The notes under the pieces are model-generated. The model was given only the letters and a program-made list of their open reading frames with translations, did no database searches and was not told the DNA's origin. A stretch of 63,877 bases of DNA, counting the filler, from Lenisia limosa (taxonomy: Eukaryota > Protista > Breviatea): the NCBI GenBank assembly GCA_001655205.1. It is 15 parts of 15 records of this genome, joined end to end, with 100 filler letters (N's around TTAATTAATTAA, not from the genome) between each part and the next. Parts side by side here need not be neighbours in the genome. Positions count along the whole stretch, not along the records: positions 58,941 to 61,627 come from LPNZ01005234.1; positions 61,728 to 63,877 come from LPNZ01011657.1; 13 more parts are not named here. The stretch is one strand, 5' to 3'. A program made the translations under genes and the position numbers. Positions 61,321 to 63,877 of this stretch are shown one piece after another (the stretch's first letter is position 1; every line of letters begins with the position of its first letter).

Positions 61321-61949
61321 GGATTATAATCCCTAAATCTACAGTCCTTTGCACCACCAGGCTAACATTTCAGGCACTTTCGTCCTACTGCGACCTACGT
61401 TTTGACCAAAGCGACCCGCATAACACCGTGCAACCAGCATGCACTTTCCCAAGTGAATCCGGGGGCATAACGCGTGCGCCGTGCATGACAACCTCATTAA
61501 ACAACATGATAGCTGAAGCGCAGAACCGTGGATTTGTAGTGTCACGTGACTCGCTGATTCACCCTTTTGCCACCATGGTGAAGGTCCGGGCAAAGTTGGA
61601 GGGGGGGGGATATACATATACTATATGNNNNNNNNNNNNNNNNNNNNNNNNNNNNNNNNNNNNNNNNNNNNTTAATTAATTAANNNNNNNNNNNNNNNNN
61701 NNNNNNNNNNNNNNNNNNNNNNNNNNNCACCCCCCAGGGCTTCACTTCGGTTCGAAAAAGGCAGGTAAAATATCAAGAGTTTTTGAGGATTCAGTCTTTT
61801 TCCGAACCTAAGTGAAGTCCTGCTCACCCCTACCATCATTAACCCAAATTTGTACACCCCCTTTCCGAGGTTAGCCTTTCAATGGTACTCCCAACTATTT
61901 GTTTTCGTTTTGTTGTTAAAGTCGAATAACATTTCAATTAATCGTGGAT

Positions 61950-63865
61950 TGTTTATCTTTTGACTTCCCCGCACCATTGGACCGAAGTGAGAGGTTCATT
62001 ACGAGGGCGGTCAGATACTCAACGCTAAACTCGGACAAGTTCTCAATATCACTGAGGAGGGTAAAATTGGAAAACGTTTGAAACAAAATAACAAAACCAA
62101 CGATAACAACAAAACANNNNNNNNNNNNNNNNNNNNNNNNNNNNNNNNNNNNNNNNNNNNNNNNNNNNNNNNNNNNNNNNNNNNNNNNNNNNNNNNNNNN
62201 NNNNNNNNNNNNNNNNNNNNNNNNNCCCAGGTCAGTCGCTTCTGCAGCACCACATCCCATTACTCCAGCGACGCTATCATGGGAGTATACTATCAATATA
62301 TCATCTTTATACAAACAAAATCACAGAAACAAAAATAAGCCCGAGTTAGTCTTTGAAGAGTCCAGCTCCGTTCCATCAGGAATATTGTGAAAACAAAAAG
62401 AGGGGTGGGTGGGGGGTATACGAGGATAGGAGTCTGCCTGTATATGAGGAAATAAGTGCGTGTGGCGTTTCCAAAAACACACTCAAAATTACTCCCCCCC
62501 CCCCCAANNNNNNNNNNNNNNNNNNNNNNNNNNNNNNNNNNNNNNNNNNNNNNNNNNNNNNNNNNNNNNNNNNNNNNNNNNNNNNNNNNNNNNNNNNNNN
62601 NNNNNNNNNNNNTTGGCAATTTCATGATAGTATCAAATTAATTCACCCAATCATTCATCGTGCCTCCCCAGCATACTCATACTCACTAATTATCATTAGA
62701 TAATAAAAAAAATGAGAGTAGAAAAAAATGTGAAATAAACACAACAAGGAGGAACACACCAATTCAGACACACACGCACACAAAAAACAAACAAAAACAA
62801 AAGAGAGAAAAACAGTCAATAGACTAGACTCTATGTCACAATAAAATTACTAGTATCTCTTTTTTTTTTGATTGACTGTAAATCAATTCAAATAATTATG
62901 GATCCTTAACGAACATTGACACAATGTTTTGGTCGACACCTAACAATTTGACTTGATGACCTAAAAAAAAAATATCACAATTCCACCTACCTCAGTGATA
63001 GTTTCTGTATGGCACCTAATGCGTTTTGTCTCAGAATTGAATCCCGGGGGGTGGACTGAAATNNNNNNNNNNNNNNNNNNNNNNNNNNNNNNNNNNNNNN
63101 NNNNNNNNNNNNNNNNNNGTTAAAATATCATAAAAACGAGCCGCTAAACGTAAGGATTATTTCATGGCGTTAGGGTCTGATTTTGGCTACATGTGACCAA
63201 AAATAATGAAATTGTGGCGTTAGATTACTTCGTAATGAATCTGGTTTGGAGACGAGCTAAACATATCATATGTTTTCCACTCACTTGCATTACATTGAAG
63301 AGTTTTTCACAGATTGAGCCTGACGACAGCAGGTAGAGGCGGCCCCTATGATACGACGAAATCACATTCAGCTGAAGTGTGACGGTNNNNNNNNNNNNNN
63401 NNNNNNNNNNNNNNNNNNNNNNNNNNNNNNNNNNNNNNNNNNNNNNNNNNNNNNNNNNNNNNNNNNNNNNNNNNNNNNNNNNNNNNNNNNNNNNNNNNNN
63501 NNNNNNNNNNNNNNNNNNNNNNNNNNNNNNNNNNNNNNNNNNNNNNNNNNNNNNNNNTTAAAAGTTCACATGAAAACTCGTACAAAACCCGCAAAGTACC
63601 CTCAGAAAACCTGCACTAAAACCCGCACTAAAACCGCACTATAGATTCATCATATAGTTTAGCATCAAGCAGAAGCCAACAAGAAATATTGGAAGACACA
63701 GTGGCAGCCTATTAATCAGTCTTATGAATACCCCCCACTCATACAATAAGATCCCCCCCTCACCAGTCGTAGTCCATACTCTCGGACAAGCTCCGAAGGG
63801 TGTTGGAGAAGACTGTCCAATACAGCAGGCTTGTCGCCAACTAGGCCGAAAATATCCCGTGCTGG
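61950..63865 (-). CDS. ARMC9: LisH/armadillo protein ARMC9 (ciliary), internal fragment
   Basis: VLDSLLQHPSELVREYGLRL / LNVISSYHRGRLYL / TLQRL / DIENLSEFSVEYLTALVMNLSLRSNG. These parallel recalled ARMC9 segments [65 protein letters not shown]. Confidence 0.78.
62060..62272 (-). repeat. Family C element (gapped), sense to the ARMC9 intron and abutting its acceptor
   Basis: Reverse complement CGCTGGAGTAATGGGATGTGGTGCTGCAGAAGCGACTGACCTGGG..N..TTTGTTTCAAACGTTTTCCAATTTTACCCTCCTCAG|exon. Confidence 0.8.
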
Positions 63866-63877
63866 GGGGGGGGGGGG

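Noticed and set aside
119-63644. The many ORFs containing long X runs or poly-P/G/F/K stretches
   Set aside because: They read through N-gaps, homopolymers and repeat families and are artefacts of six-frame translation.
2-63877. U12-type or non-canonical introns
   Set aside because: All junctions I could reconstruct are GT-AG without the GTATCCTT/ATATCCTT donor signature. There is no support in this window, although not every intron could be checked.

Overview
This is eukaryotic nuclear DNA from an intron-rich genome, not a prokaryotic locus. Fourteen artificial spacers (about 44 N + TTAATTAATTAA + about 44 N, giving stops in all six frames) split it into 15 unrelated scaffolds, so neighbours across spacers are not real neighbours. 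The ORF track is mostly uninformative because exons are short and GT-AG introns are frequent. Splicing exons by eye gives fragments or near-complete models of neurofibromin (NF1), a class I cyclic-nucleotide phosphodiesterase, an ARF-family GTPase, an atypical bHLH protein, EGF/Cys-rich surface proteins, SPT6, syntaxin-16, CDC40/PRP17, a 5-finger C2H2 protein, an NADPH-cytochrome P450 reductase, a TM-cyclase-TM nucleotide cyclase, CAF-1 p60 (CHAF1B/Cac2), a RecQ-like fragment, a TPR protein, a bubblegum-type acyl-CoA synthetase, a degenerate SNF2 C-terminal domain and ARMC9. This gene set suggests a flagellated amorphean-like protist (inference only). The most unusual signal is non-coding. Introns are built from at least four short repeat families with a strong positional pattern: poly-G just after many 5' splice sites, foldback elements with co-varying arms, and a roughly 165-bp element that sits sense-oriented against the 3' splice site in about 20 introns of unrelated genes (introner-like candidate). 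All gene calls come from recognising conserved motifs from memory; no database searches were run and exon boundaries are approximate.
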